Shown one piece after another: positions 53,721-63,229 of a stretch of DNA of 64,000 nucleotides (position 1 is its first letter; each line of letters begins with the position of its first letter). Made by a program: the position numbers and the translations under genes. The notes below the pieces were generated by a model. It was not told the DNA's origin. It worked only from the letters and a program-made list of their open reading frames with translations, and did no database searches. This DNA is from a virus: positions 32,001 to 96,000 of IMG/VR virus record IMGVR_UViG_3300035676_000002. One strand, 5' to 3'.

Positions 53721-54998
53721 TTAGCTTGAAGTCTTTAGTCGTGCAAACGGAGTCTTGAGAGTAGTGCAGTACCCAAGACGTTCCATCACACGTAACACGA
53801 TCCCTGCTTCCTTGAAAGCAGCGTGTGGTGACACATCAACGGTGAGTGACATACGATCACCGAGGATATGATAGCTAGGATCACCGTAAAGCAGGAAGGC
53901 GGTTGAGGCTTGTGACCCACCATCCTTCACCTTCGGCATAACCCGACTGCGAACATATGGACGACCAAACAATGAATTCGGAGGACCAGCCGCCATCTGA
54001 CCATAGAGGGGCTGTTCGTTCAAATCCTTCACTTGGCGAATCCCGTTGAGAACGCTGTTGCTTCCGATCCAAACTGCGGTTTCGGAAACCGCTTCGTCCA
54101 CGGCATCCATCGTTTCGATCAACTTGTTGTACCCGCCAGTTGCGCCGGTCGCCTGTAGGGTGCCAGCATAGGTGTTGGCAGCGCCGGTTACTTCGGTGAT
54201 ACCAGATAGCGCCATTAGGCCGGTAAAAGGCTCGGTGCCAGTACCCGGTGAAGTGAGCATCTGATAATCCTCTTCCTTCGCAATTGCAATACCGAACACG
54301 TCGATAACGAAGTCACGAATCGAAGGAATTGAATCCTCGTCAACCTCGATTGACAGAGTATCAATTGCAATCAACTTGTGAGCGGTCATCGTCGGCTTGG
54401 CAAACGTCACCTTGCTCTCGCTTGGCGCGTTGAGTTCCACACCGACCAACTCGGTATCCCAATAAACTGCCGGTAGGTCCGAATTGGTTGGGATTGTCCA
54501 ATCCTTGTGGTTCATAGGGATAACTCGGCAGAGGCGTCGAGCAATACCGTACTGTTCTACAATGCGGATAATCTCAGCACGATATTCGGTAGGCATAACA
54601 TACCCACCATCTGCGGCGGTTCCCTCTACCTGTGCGCGGAAGAAATCAGAGAAGCGGGGCTTACTATGATTGATAATCGCGGCGGTATCAAGAATCATTC
54701 GTGCGATATCATCACGAACCTTCTTGGATTTCTCTGTCTTATCAGGCACGATTGACTGATAAATCTTGTCGCCAACCGGGAGGGCGGCATCAAGATTGCG
54801 TAGACGTTCCTCAACGAGAGCAATGGTTTCCCCCTGCTTCTTAAGAGCGACTTGCGCTTCCTTGAATTCATCAACTGACGGAGCCGCGCCGATACCAGAC
54901 TCTAGGTCGGCAATGCGCTTCTCGATCTTTGCTGAGTTGTTCTTGTTCTCGTCCATGTTCTTTTCAACGAGTTCAATCAGCTTGTGTAATTGTTCCAT
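53721..54998 (-). CDS. HK97-family major capsid protein with an N-terminal coiled-coil delta domain
   Basis: ADGGYVMPTEY...II, KL...IS.E...DS, KD.N.QPL, LFGRP and YGD....GDR. Confidence 0.93.
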   Translation of the reverse strand: MEQLHKLIELVEKNMDENKNNSAKIEKRIADLESGIGAAPSVDEFKEAQVALKKQGETIALVEERLRNLDAALPVGDKIYQSIVPDKTEKSKKVRDDIARMILDTAAIINHSKPRFSDFFRAQVEGTAADGGYVMPTEYRAEIIRIVEQYGIARRLCRVIPMNHKDWTIPTNSDLPAVYWDTELVGVELNAPSESKVTFAKPTMTAHKLIAIDTLSIEVDEDSIPSIRDFVIDVFGIAIAKEEDYQMLTSPGTGTEPFTGLMALSGITEVTGAANTYAGTLQATGATGGYNKLIETMDAVDEAVSETAVWIGSNSVLNGIRQVKDLNEQPLYGQMAAGPPNSLFGRPYVRSRVMPKVKDGGSQASTAFLLYGDPSYHILGDRMSLTVDVSPHAAFKEAGIVLRVMERLGYCTTLKTPFARLKTSS

Positions 54999-55065
54999 TT
55001 TCTTTTCCTCTCTACCATCCCGTTGCGGCTAATGGTATGTGTTTTATTTTACTGCTAATCCCTCT

Positions 55066-56571
55066 TTATTTTCCCGCAACGGGAGCGTCAGAAAGGATTG
55101 TTGAAAAAATACTACGTAATTCTGATTCGGTGGTCAAGGGGGTTTCTGTGTTTTTTGTAAATAATTTTTCAATACGCTCGACCGCATCTCTTACTTCTTG
55201 CGTATCAGTGCTTACTGTAACTTCTGGTTTCTCTTCTGTAGCTGGTGGAGTTGGGGCAGGAGCAACGCTAGCTGCCTCAATTTCACGTTCTAGCGTTAGA
55301 AGTGAATCAAGTTTAGCACAGACTTCTTCATAAGATTCAGTCCCGACTTTTTGTCGGATAGAATTGAGAACAGCAACAGCTTCAATTTCATCCTCGAAAT
55401 CTTTTTGGATGATTTCAGCCATTTTCCTTACCGTACTTTCCCGACTCATAACATCTGGAATCTGAGCTAAGAGTTGACCATCTAGCGCAGCGGCAATTCG
55501 CTGCATCTTTTCACCGTCAACGCAGTTTTGGTATGGATTCTGCCACGGCTCGGGCAATCTTTCCTCTCCATAAATCTGTACGGCAATACTTTCCGCGCTC
55601 TCGCGCAATGTGCTACGCTCTGCTTCGTCTGTATACTTTTCATCCTTCAGTAGCCCATGAATACTTTCATAAACTAAACCTGACGCAGTATCCCAAGGAG
55701 CTTTTTGCTCCTTGGTGGTATAGTGACTTGCAAGATATTCCTTCATTGGAGGAATTTCTTCACTTGTAATATTGAGAACGCCCTGTTGCAAGCGTTGGGC
55801 TATCGCCTCCAATCGCTCGCTCTTGGCCCATTCGTCAACCTTACCTCGCACATCAACAACTTCGGTATCTGGCTTATTTTCACCAAGATCAACAATAATC
55901 TTTCGTTCAAGCGCAGCTTCATCTTCTGCCGCCACATCAAGATACAACGGTGATTCATCTGATTTATCAAATGCATCACGCATGAGATTATTGATAAAGT
56001 CAGGAGTCCACACGCCGCTTCGCTGAAGTGCCTGTGGGTCTGCTGGAATCGGAACGGCTGAGTATTCCATTAGGTCTTGCTCTAGGAAACGGATTCCTGT
56101 GACAAAATCCTCTTCGTCGCGCACGAAGTCATATTTCAATGCTCGCCAACCAGCACTGACTGCATTAAGGAGGCGCTTCTTATAGAGGGACAAGACTTGA
56201 TCTGCGAATTGATTATCTTCCGCCGAAAGGAAATCAGCTTGTGAGCGAAGAACTCTGCCAGAGGCAGTTTCAACCAACTTCTCCCATGAGGAGGTTGCAA
56301 TAGGCAATGTATCACGGCTATGCGCCCACATAACAACCGGATTGGTTCGATAGTTTTCTAACCGCCACCCATCTTGCACGATTTCATGCCCATCTCGCTT
56401 CACTCCCGGCGAACTCACCGTGAAGATAATACTTCGATCACCTACCGAATCAGATTTGACAGCAGGGTTTGTCTCAAAAGAACGAATAACGAAATCGTCC
56501 TTTCCGACCTTATCCATCTTCTCACGAAAACGAATATAGAGTGGTAGGTGTTCTTTCTTAGTGGTTTTCAT
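55066..56571 (-). CDS. HK97-type prohead protease with a long C-terminal extension
   Basis: NPVVMWAH (His), AVSAGW (Ser), LMEYSAVPIPADPQAL. Confidence 0.88.
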   Translation of the reverse strand: MKTTKKEHLPLYIRFREKMDKVGKDDFVIRSFETNPAVKSDSVGDRSIIFTVSSPGVKRDGHEIVQDGWRLENYRTNPVVMWAHSRDTLPIATSSWEKLVETASGRVLRSQADFLSAEDNQFADQVLSLYKKRLLNAVSAGWRALKYDFVRDEEDFVTGIRFLEQDLMEYSAVPIPADPQALQRSGVWTPDFINNLMRDAFDKSDESPLYLDVAAEDEAALERKIIVDLGENKPDTEVVDVRGKVDEWAKSERLEAIAQRLQQGVLNITSEEIPPMKEYLASHYTTKEQKAPWDTASGLVYESIHGLLKDEKYTDEAERSTLRESAESIAVQIYGEERLPEPWQNPYQNCVDGEKMQRIAAALDGQLLAQIPDVMSRESTVRKMAEIIQKDFEDEIEAVAVLNSIRQKVGTESYEEVCAKLDSLLTLEREIEAASVAPAPTPPATEEKPEVTVSTDTQEVRDAVERIEKLFTKNTETPLTTESELRSIFSTILSDAPVAGK

Positions 56572-58635
56572 TTACTTTTCCTCCGGTACGATTATGCAAT
56601 GACAGCCATGAACATCGGCAAATTTTAGTGCTCCGTCACCGGGATAAGAAAAGTGATTCTTAACGCGGCAATGAGAGGTTGTAGAAACAGCCATGTAGCT
56701 TGTGTTCCCATTCATAGAGTTACGCGCCCCAAGATTCATCGCCCAAATAATCTCTTCCGTTCCCAATGTATAGGCAACGTCATATAGCTTATTAAACGAC
56801 AACCGAATCTGTTGTTCCCGATTCTCCAAGGGTGCCTGTTCTATTTCTTTTCGCAAAATACTCAATACCTCTATAAACCGACCTTCGTGAGACTCTAATT
56901 GGGACAATAATTGAATATTTTGTGTCCCACGTATCTCTTTTTGCAGAAAAGACAGCACTGAGTCAATATCCTTTGTGATTTTTGTCCATGTTTCTCTATG
57001 GTTATACTTATCGCTCCCCAATTGCATTGCGGCAACTAGAATTGGACGAATACTGCGCCGCCACTTTTCTGATGTTGCGACAAGATCAAATACTTCGTCA
57101 GTTTCAGAATTGCGGAAACATTCGTTTCGAGTGTCGAAAAGTATTCTCTTAATCTTGCGCGTTGCTCGTTCAACCAGTGGTTTAACGTCTTTAATGAGGC
57201 TAGTCCAACGCTTTGCATCAGAGAAAAGAATAATGCTACGTCCCTCGCCATCCTTTGCATCTTCCTCGTCAGCCGATTCTTTTGCATCTTTTGATCCTTC
57301 CTTTTCTGGCGTTAAGTCGGTCTTTGCGGCAAGACCAGAGCCAGAACTAGGAGAAGTAATCTGAGGAAGCTCGCCTGTTTCTGCCGCATCCTCCATGAGT
57401 TCAATTGGAATATAATTATTAAGAATTAATCCAACATCTCCACCATCAACAGGATCAATGCCAAGGTCGAGTTTTGCAATTGCTTGATTAAGTGGGATAC
57501 CGCTTGATACCATACTCTTAAGAATATTCATTTTGGTATCCATATAATCCATCATTACTGGTAATCCATCATAATCAAAATAAATAGAAATCTTCTTTGT
57601 TCCTTTAAGGAATTTATTGATATATCCCTCATTTAATCCTTCTGCTAGCATAGATGCCCACGGGAATACTGCATTTTCATACTTCAGCATTCTCGCAACG
57701 GACAATTGATCCTTACTTAAACCGCTATGCTCATTGTCGTTGAGCAACTGCACCGGATACTGATAGATAGATGCAGCTTCTTGACGAGTAAATTTACGCG
57801 ACTCCAAATATTGCGCGGCAGAATGGGTAACTCCGAGCACTTTTAAATCGAAGTCTCCACCAATTACTGCAAGACCGCCTCCGCGCTGCGGACCCGCGTA
57901 AGCTTCATGCCATGCTTCATAAATAGTGTCCCTTGCCGCTTTATTGAGCGGTCCCGGTTTATAGGTTAATACGGCATCTGGCGTAGCATTATTACGGAAA
58001 AAGAACTTATCGAAAATAACACGCGCCGCATCTGCGTCAAGTTGGGCATCCATAGAAAGCCACGGTGGACACCCCATCCATTGATCGTAGTCATTAGGAA
58101 TCATCCAATGAATCATTTGATCCAATGGGACAATAACTGTTGCTCCACCGGGAATCTGCACTTGCCACGATTCGGGAGGAGAATTATATGTACGCCGAAT
58201 TGGCATAACCGAATCTGCCCCAAATAAAAGAAGTGATCGTGGGAATCCGGTTGAATCAATCTGATCTTTGTATACCCAAACATTTCCGCCCATGAGTAGG
58301 AACGTACCCCATTGTTCGATAAATCTTCGCTTTGATTGAATGGGATTGGGATTATCTATCTTGTATGAAAGAACGGGATGCTCTACTGGCACCCATGTCT
58401 TTGTAGAAAATTGCGTATCCTTATTACGCTTTGGCGTCCACAGCCCCATCGGAATATCGGCAAGGCTCGATACGATAGATCGGACTGTTGAATAAATCCA
58501 CACATTTCTAAATGCACGTTTTCCGTATGCTTGTGTCGAATTCTGCTTCTGGAAAATTCGCGCAATCTCGGTTAAATCCGTACTGCGTTCATATTCGGAT
58601 TCAGCAGGACGACCAAACTGATCTACAATCGACAT
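56572..58635 (-). CDS. HK97-family portal protein with a C-terminal MuF-like extension
   Basis: NPNP.QS...F, MGGN.W, FFRNNATPDAVL and YLESRKF....A; ends YPGD......HGCHCIIVP. Confidence 0.88.
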   Translation of the reverse strand: MSIVDQFGRPAESEYERSTDLTEIARIFQKQNSTQAYGKRAFRNVWIYSTVRSIVSSLADIPMGLWTPKRNKDTQFSTKTWVPVEHPVLSYKIDNPNPIQSKRRFIEQWGTFLLMGGNVWVYKDQIDSTGFPRSLLLFGADSVMPIRRTYNSPPESWQVQIPGGATVIVPLDQMIHWMIPNDYDQWMGCPPWLSMDAQLDADAARVIFDKFFFRNNATPDAVLTYKPGPLNKAARDTIYEAWHEAYAGPQRGGGLAVIGGDFDLKVLGVTHSAAQYLESRKFTRQEAASIYQYPVQLLNDNEHSGLSKDQLSVARMLKYENAVFPWASMLAEGLNEGYINKFLKGTKKISIYFDYDGLPVMMDYMDTKMNILKSMVSSGIPLNQAIAKLDLGIDPVDGGDVGLILNNYIPIELMEDAAETGELPQITSPSSGSGLAAKTDLTPEKEGSKDAKESADEEDAKDGEGRSIILFSDAKRWTSLIKDVKPLVERATRKIKRILFDTRNECFRNSETDEVFDLVATSEKWRRSIRPILVAAMQLGSDKYNHRETWTKITKDIDSVLSFLQKEIRGTQNIQLLSQLESHEGRFIEVLSILRKEIEQAPLENREQQIRLSFNKLYDVAYTLGTEEIIWAMNLGARNSMNGNTSYMAVSTTSHCRVKNHFSYPGDGALKFADVHGCHCIIVPEEK

Positions 58636-58644
58636 ATATTGTCC

Positions 58645-59289
58645 TTACTGAATGAGTTGAGCGTTATAGGCACATCCTGCACAATTTGTTACTTTAATCC
58701 ATGTTGAATCGCAGTATTCAGTGAATGTGCAACTCCCATCTGCTGTGAAGCTACATACTTCCTTATCGGGGAATGACCCGACCTGACACCGAACTGAAAA
58801 TGTTCCGGTTCCAGCAGTTAGGTCGAATACGACTTTATGCGTTCCTCTGCTATCTGCTGGATAGGAATTAGAATTACATGATGGTGTCTGCGTTGGGCAA
58901 ACCGGAGTATTGGGATACCACGAATATGCCATATTCGGACGCACTGTTACTGTAGCTGTTGGAGTAAGAGTAGCAGTGTTCACGGGAGTAGCCGTTCCCG
59001 TTGGGGTGGAGGTTCTGGTCGCCCCAGCGGTATATGTCGGCTTCGCTGTGCGCGTTGGTCGTTTCGTATGCGTCATTACTGGAGTAAATGTAGGCGTCCG
59101 AGTGGGCGTATATGTTCTCGTAGCCGTAGGGGTATTTGTCTTAGTTTGCGTTGCGGTAAACGATGGAGTTGCAGTTAGCGCGTGCGCCGATTTGCAACAA
59201 AATACGCAGCAGAACGTACACGCAGCAATTACCAATAGCATCATACTAAAATAAAGCGCAAATTGTGATTCTCGTTTTTCTGTTTTCAT
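58645..59289 (-). CDS. Signal-peptide PT-linker protein with a small Cys-rich beta domain
   Basis: Hydrophobic N-terminus ending SAHA, TP repeats, C-terminal [18 protein letters not shown]. Confidence 0.65.
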   Translation of the reverse strand: MKTEKRESQFALYFSMMLLVIAACTFCCVFCCKSAHALTATPSFTATQTKTNTPTATRTYTPTRTPTFTPVMTHTKRPTRTAKPTYTAGATRTSTPTGTATPVNTATLTPTATVTVRPNMAYSWYPNTPVCPTQTPSCNSNSYPADSRGTHKVVFDLTAGTGTFSVRCQVGSFPDKEVCSFTADGSCTFTEYCDSTWIKVTNCAGCAYNAQLIQ

Positions 59290-59313
59290 ATCATTCCCCT
59301 ATTGGTTGCGTGT

Positions 59314-61077
59314 TTAGTTCTGTAAAACTTCTACCCAACATGAACCTATGCCGGTCGTTACATCTGCGGTCTGTACCTCAAAGGCAAGTGTTCCGGTATT
59401 CACTACAGCTACTTGCGTTTCATCAATCAAAGCAGATGACATGACTTTTTGATCCTCAAATTCATGCCCATTTCCAGATACAATACCTAATCCAAACTTT
59501 GCACTTGCATCTGTAGTAGTAAAGTTACATTGCCAGTTGAGGACTTCTCCGCTAACAACACCGATGCCCATACTGTAAATCCCCTGTGCCATTCCCGGTC
59601 GAATAGCAATACTGTAGAACTTTGGAGTCTTAGCTACGCCAGCGGCAGGGGTAATTGTTGGAGTATTACTTGGCGTGCGTGTGATCGTTGGAGTACGTGT
59701 CACGGTAGGAGTATTTAGATCAGTGACTCCAACTTTTACTTGGATAGAGTCAACTGAAGCCTTCCATCCATCAAAACTTGAATCAGTACCCGTCCATTGA
59801 ACTGATACACCAGCCTTTAATGCCGTGCGGACATTAGCGGTCGTCCATGTTCCACCCCATAGCTGTGTTCCGTATGTGATGGTTTCATAGTCAGCATACG
59901 ACCATGCTGATACACTTGCAAGGTCGCTTCCGGTTGCTACGTCATTCTTAAACAAGCGAACATGATAGTCTGCAAAATTGTCATCTTCGGCTTTGTGCTT
60001 AATGCGTACTTGAATACTTCGCACCGTAGCATTTGAAGCAATCGAAGAAAGATCAAACGCGCACTTAAGATAGACGCTCTTTGTTCCGGCCCCTTTCTGA
60101 AAAGAGGCAATAGCTGGAACACCATCGGTTAATTTTGCGGCACTCACATTCCCCCACAAAACAGTACCAACGCTCTGATCGTTTACGCACCCACTTGCGT
60201 CTACCCATCCCGTATCAACATTAGGCGTTGCTGTATTCGTAGCCGTGAACGTTGGAGTATTCGTCGGCGTATGGGTATTCGTCGGCGTATGAGTATTTGT
60301 AGGTGTATGCGTTGGGGTTTCGGTCGGCGTTTCGGTCGGCGTTTCGGTCGGCGTTTCGGTCGGCGTTGCCGTTGCTGTGCTCGTTGGCGTATTTGTTGGC
60401 GTATTTGTTGGGGCTGGAGTTGGGGTATCTAGCGTTGCTCCAACCCAAGCGGCCCCGATCACTGAAAATCCGCTACCATGATCTGTTCCAACTGTCCATG
60501 ATACATTAAGTGTCTGTGATCCAGAATTTGCGGCAAAAGTAATTGCTACATCCCGAGATGCAAACCCGTTAAGTCCACCCGCAGAGCAGTCACCACCCGT
60601 TGCATCAATATTAGTATAAACAACCTGATCTGCACTATTATCACTAAGCGAAAGGGTTAATTGCCCAGACGCAGAACACGTCCCAATACTGAGATGCACT
60701 GTGCGTGGTGATGCAGAAGCAGCTACCGTTAATGTAAAGGTGCGACCAGCAGCATTTTTTACAGAAGAAGAACTATTGACTACTGAAGTATGCGGAGCAT
60801 TACCATCCGACCACGAATACATTGTCGCAAAAGCGCCAATTCCAGTTCCAGCATCTCCACCCAAATCGCTAATAATAGCAGCGTCGGGGTCTTTGCGATT
60901 CATCCCATCCCATACCCAATGACGCCAATCTGTCGTGCCAACTGCCGTAAGGTCTATAGTAGCTGGGGCAGCAGTATCAGATGATACAGCGATATATCCT
61001 GCCGAAGCAGGAGAAACACTTCCCGCAAGGATAGTTGCAAGAAAGATGAACGGGACTAGAAGAAGGGACTTTTTCAT
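59314..61077 (-). CDS. Modular exported PT-linker protein sharing domains with 29391..33461 and 15295..23556
   Basis: MKKSLLLVPFIFLATILAGSVSPASA; TIDLTAVGTTDWRHW domain; W.N.S.A...D domain. AGGAG RBS before ATG 61077. Confidence 0.7.
   Translation of the reverse strand: MKKSLLLVPFIFLATILAGSVSPASAGYIAVSSDTAAPATIDLTAVGTTDWRHWVWDGMNRKDPDAAIISDLGGDAGTGIGAFATMYSWSDGNAPHTSVVNSSSSVKNAAGRTFTLTVAASASPRTVHLSIGTCSASGQLTLSLSDNSADQVVYTNIDATGGDCSAGGLNGFASRDVAITFAANSGSQTLNVSWTVGTDHGSGFSVIGAAWVGATLDTPTPAPTNTPTNTPTSTATATPTETPTETPTETPTETPTHTPTNTHTPTNTHTPTNTPTFTATNTATPNVDTGWVDASGCVNDQSVGTVLWGNVSAAKLTDGVPAIASFQKGAGTKSVYLKCAFDLSSIASNATVRSIQVRIKHKAEDDNFADYHVRLFKNDVATGSDLASVSAWSYADYETITYGTQLWGGTWTTANVRTALKAGVSVQWTGTDSSFDGWKASVDSIQVKVGVTDLNTPTVTRTPTITRTPSNTPTITPAAGVAKTPKFYSIAIRPGMAQGIYSMGIGVVSGEVLNWQCNFTTTDASAKFGLGIVSGNGHEFEDQKVMSSALIDETQVAVVNTGTLAFEVQTADVTTGIGSCWVEVLQN
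60317..60364 (+). repeat. Perfect 12-bp tandem repeat x4 (GTTTCGGTCGGC), encoding PTET on the minus strand
   Basis: Read directly from the sequence. Confidence 0.9.
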
Positions 61078-61157
61078 ATGGAAACTCCTATGCGGGACAA
61101 ACATACATTGTATACTTACAAAAAAATACGGTTACTGCAAGTAGTTTTAGTTTTTTA

Positions 61158-62642
61158 CTAATCGGAATCTCGATTTAGGCGAAGGACTATCATCTGGTCG
61201 CCTAACGAATCGAAGTCTGGACAACTGATCGTACAGCCAAGTGCGGCCATAGAGAGCGCAATAATTGAGTCGATCTTTTTTGTTTTAATATCCTTGATGA
61301 ATCGTCTACCTCGCCCCGGTATTTCTTTTACTGATACCATCATTGCCTCAGAACGTAAATCATCATCTGGGCATATAACAATACCGATTTCTCTTAGTTT
61401 ATCTAATAGATGCTCAGTCATCTTAATCGTGTTGGGCTGTGACTGTGGGTACGGAACCATGTTCACACCCTTTTCTCGTAATCGCTGTGCGCTCGATTCA
61501 AATTGCCACGGATCGTAGTAGCATACCGAGATAAAAAATCTCTCCTGCAACTCTAGAATGTATGCTTCGACTGTTGTTTCAAAATTCAGCGGTTCTTCCT
61601 TGCTTGGTTGCCACCATCTACGGGGTCCGGTCCAAATTCGTCCCTGCTTCTTGAAACAACTCGCCACAGATGTTCTATCTTTGACAAGCGATACGTCTAC
61701 TCCGAGAGCCAGCGGTCGTTGCTTATCTTCTGCAAGTGGAGTAAGATAGGAAGCTTCCTTCGCTGCCTCAACGCACTTGTCCCACTCGTTCATATCGAGT
61801 CCTTCTTCTGACTCAACCCATTCGTTTCGATGAATTCTCCGAAAAGCCGACCATCGGAATCCCGGTTCGTTCATTTGAAACTCATAGTATTCCTTATTTT
61901 GCCACGGCATACGCGGCTCATGGTCCCAATAAATAAATGTCTGACCATCGGTATAACACGGAAGCTCTGTTTCTACCCCGAGTTCGTAGTTCATGTACGT
62001 CCCGAAATCTAATTTGTTTTCTGGACGAACAATCTTCTTATAAATATCTTCCAATAAAACGGATTCACCTACCCATCCCGCATAGGTCGTAATAACACGC
62101 ATGGCATTTTTTCGAGTTGGAGGAACAGCCATTTCCTCGAAAAGCCGTCGTCCCTTTTCTGAATTGAATGCCCATAATTCATCGAATAGAGAGAAGTTGG
62201 GATTCGATCCTGCCGCTCCCGCGAAGTCGTTGGCAAGCGGCATGATGATGGTTCCATTGCACAATTCAATAACTCTATCTGTCGATTTCTTTGTTTCAGC
62301 AAGTAAAAGATCGTTTTGCTCAATAGAACGCTTGAATTCTTTATAACTTCGTGCGGTACTTTGCTCCAAGTCATTTGCCAGTGAATATAATTCTCCATTT
62401 CGCGGGATAATGCCAGAAAACCCGAACCAACTCATGCACATAGCGCCGATTGCCGATTTCCCTGACTTCTTTGGAGCGGAATAGACAAATTGTTTATATT
62501 TCAGTTCTCCATCCTCATTGGGGGAGAATACGTGCGAAAGGATTTTCTTCTGGTGCGGAGCCAGCCTGACCAAATCACCCGAAGGCAAGATAAACAACTT
62601 CTCCAAATATGGAACGATGGGAATGATCTTTTGTTGAGCCAT
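61158..62642 (-). CDS. terL: Terminase large subunit
   Basis: Walker A PKKSGKS, Walker B SLFDELW, coupling motif ITTYAG, nuclease GVDVS..KD and KIDSIIA. Confidence 0.92.
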   Translation of the reverse strand: MAQQKIIPIVPYLEKLFILPSGDLVRLAPHQKKILSHVFSPNEDGELKYKQFVYSAPKKSGKSAIGAMCMSWFGFSGIIPRNGELYSLANDLEQSTARSYKEFKRSIEQNDLLLAETKKSTDRVIELCNGTIIMPLANDFAGAAGSNPNFSLFDELWAFNSEKGRRLFEEMAVPPTRKNAMRVITTYAGWVGESVLLEDIYKKIVRPENKLDFGTYMNYELGVETELPCYTDGQTFIYWDHEPRMPWQNKEYYEFQMNEPGFRWSAFRRIHRNEWVESEEGLDMNEWDKCVEAAKEASYLTPLAEDKQRPLALGVDVSLVKDRTSVASCFKKQGRIWTGPRRWWQPSKEEPLNFETTVEAYILELQERFFISVCYYDPWQFESSAQRLREKGVNMVPYPQSQPNTIKMTEHLLDKLREIGIVICPDDDLRSEAMMVSVKEIPGRGRRFIKDIKTKKIDSIIALSMAALGCTISCPDFDSLGDQMIVLRLNRDSD

Positions 62643-62728
62643 ACCTAGCCCCTAACACGGTATGATTTGGTAGGTCAATAGCATCTTGTAAATAGATCAT
62701 CCCTTGTTTGCATCTCGGATATAATATC

Positions 62729-62749
62729 TTATCTGATCTTTAGTAAAAC
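62729..62749 (-). repeat. 21-bp element, copy 2 (exact reverse complement of 7401-7421)
   Basis: TTATCTGATCTTTAGTAAAAC. Confidence 0.85.
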
Positions 62750-62750
62750 T

Positions 62751-62788
62751 CTCTCCTTGACTTCTGACGAAAAAGCTCTCCTTGACTT
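62751..62788 (+). repeat. 13-bp direct repeat CTCTCCTTGACTT x2 (62751-62763, 62776-62788)
   Basis: Read directly; lies between the 21-bp element and a promoter. Confidence 0.75.
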
Positions 62789-62796
62789 AATGCCTA

Positions 62797-62825
62797 TTGA
62801 CAGGGGGGATTCATCATGCTATAGT
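62797..62825 (+). promoter_or_regulatory. Strong sigma70-type promoter of the primase operon
   Basis: TTGACA-17 nt-TATAGT with extended TG. Confidence 0.8.
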
Positions 62826-62846
62826 AAGCTCACTGGAGACAAAAGA

Positions 62847-63029
62847 ATGAATATTTATGAATTTTTATCCATCTTGTTCATCACGGGAGGTAATGCGGCG
62901 ATGATTCTTTACCGTCGCATCGAAGGATGGGAAATGGCAATCTTCACGGTAGCGCAGGTAATCATTTGCATGACCATAGTAGGAAACTCCATTACCAGAG
63001 AAAAAAATCTCTTGGAGAAGAAGCCATGA
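62847..63029 (+). CDS. Small two-TM membrane protein
   Basis: 60 aa, two hydrophobic segments, GGAG RBS. Confidence 0.55.
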   Translation: MNIYEFLSILFITGGNAAMILYRRIEGWEMAIFTVAQVIICMTIVGNSITREKNLLEKKP

Positions 63030-63220
63030 AGCACGAATTCTACGTTCAGTGCCTTGAATGCAACGAAGATGAATTGTCCTTTATCGGAGAACAGGCGCAT
63101 GAGCATGGCCCGATCCTTGTTTTTAACTGTAATGTGTGCCATAAGAATACTTACATCGCAATGGTAATCGCGTGCGACGATGAACGACGGTCAGCAGAAA
63201 AATATTACTACGCGAATTAA
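63026..63220 (+). CDS. Small Cys4 zinc-ribbon protein
   Basis: CLEC...CNVC; ATGA-coupled; GGAG RBS. Confidence 0.6.
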   Translation: MKHEFYVQCLECNEDELSFIGEQAHEHGPILVFNCNVCHKNTYIAMVIACDDERRSAEKYYYAN

Positions 63221-63229
63221 AGGATGGTA

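Noticed and set aside
62643-62680. Promoter directly upstream of terL (TTGACC...)
   Set aside because: A -35-like hexamer is present, but there is no convincing -10 at 16-18 nt spacing.
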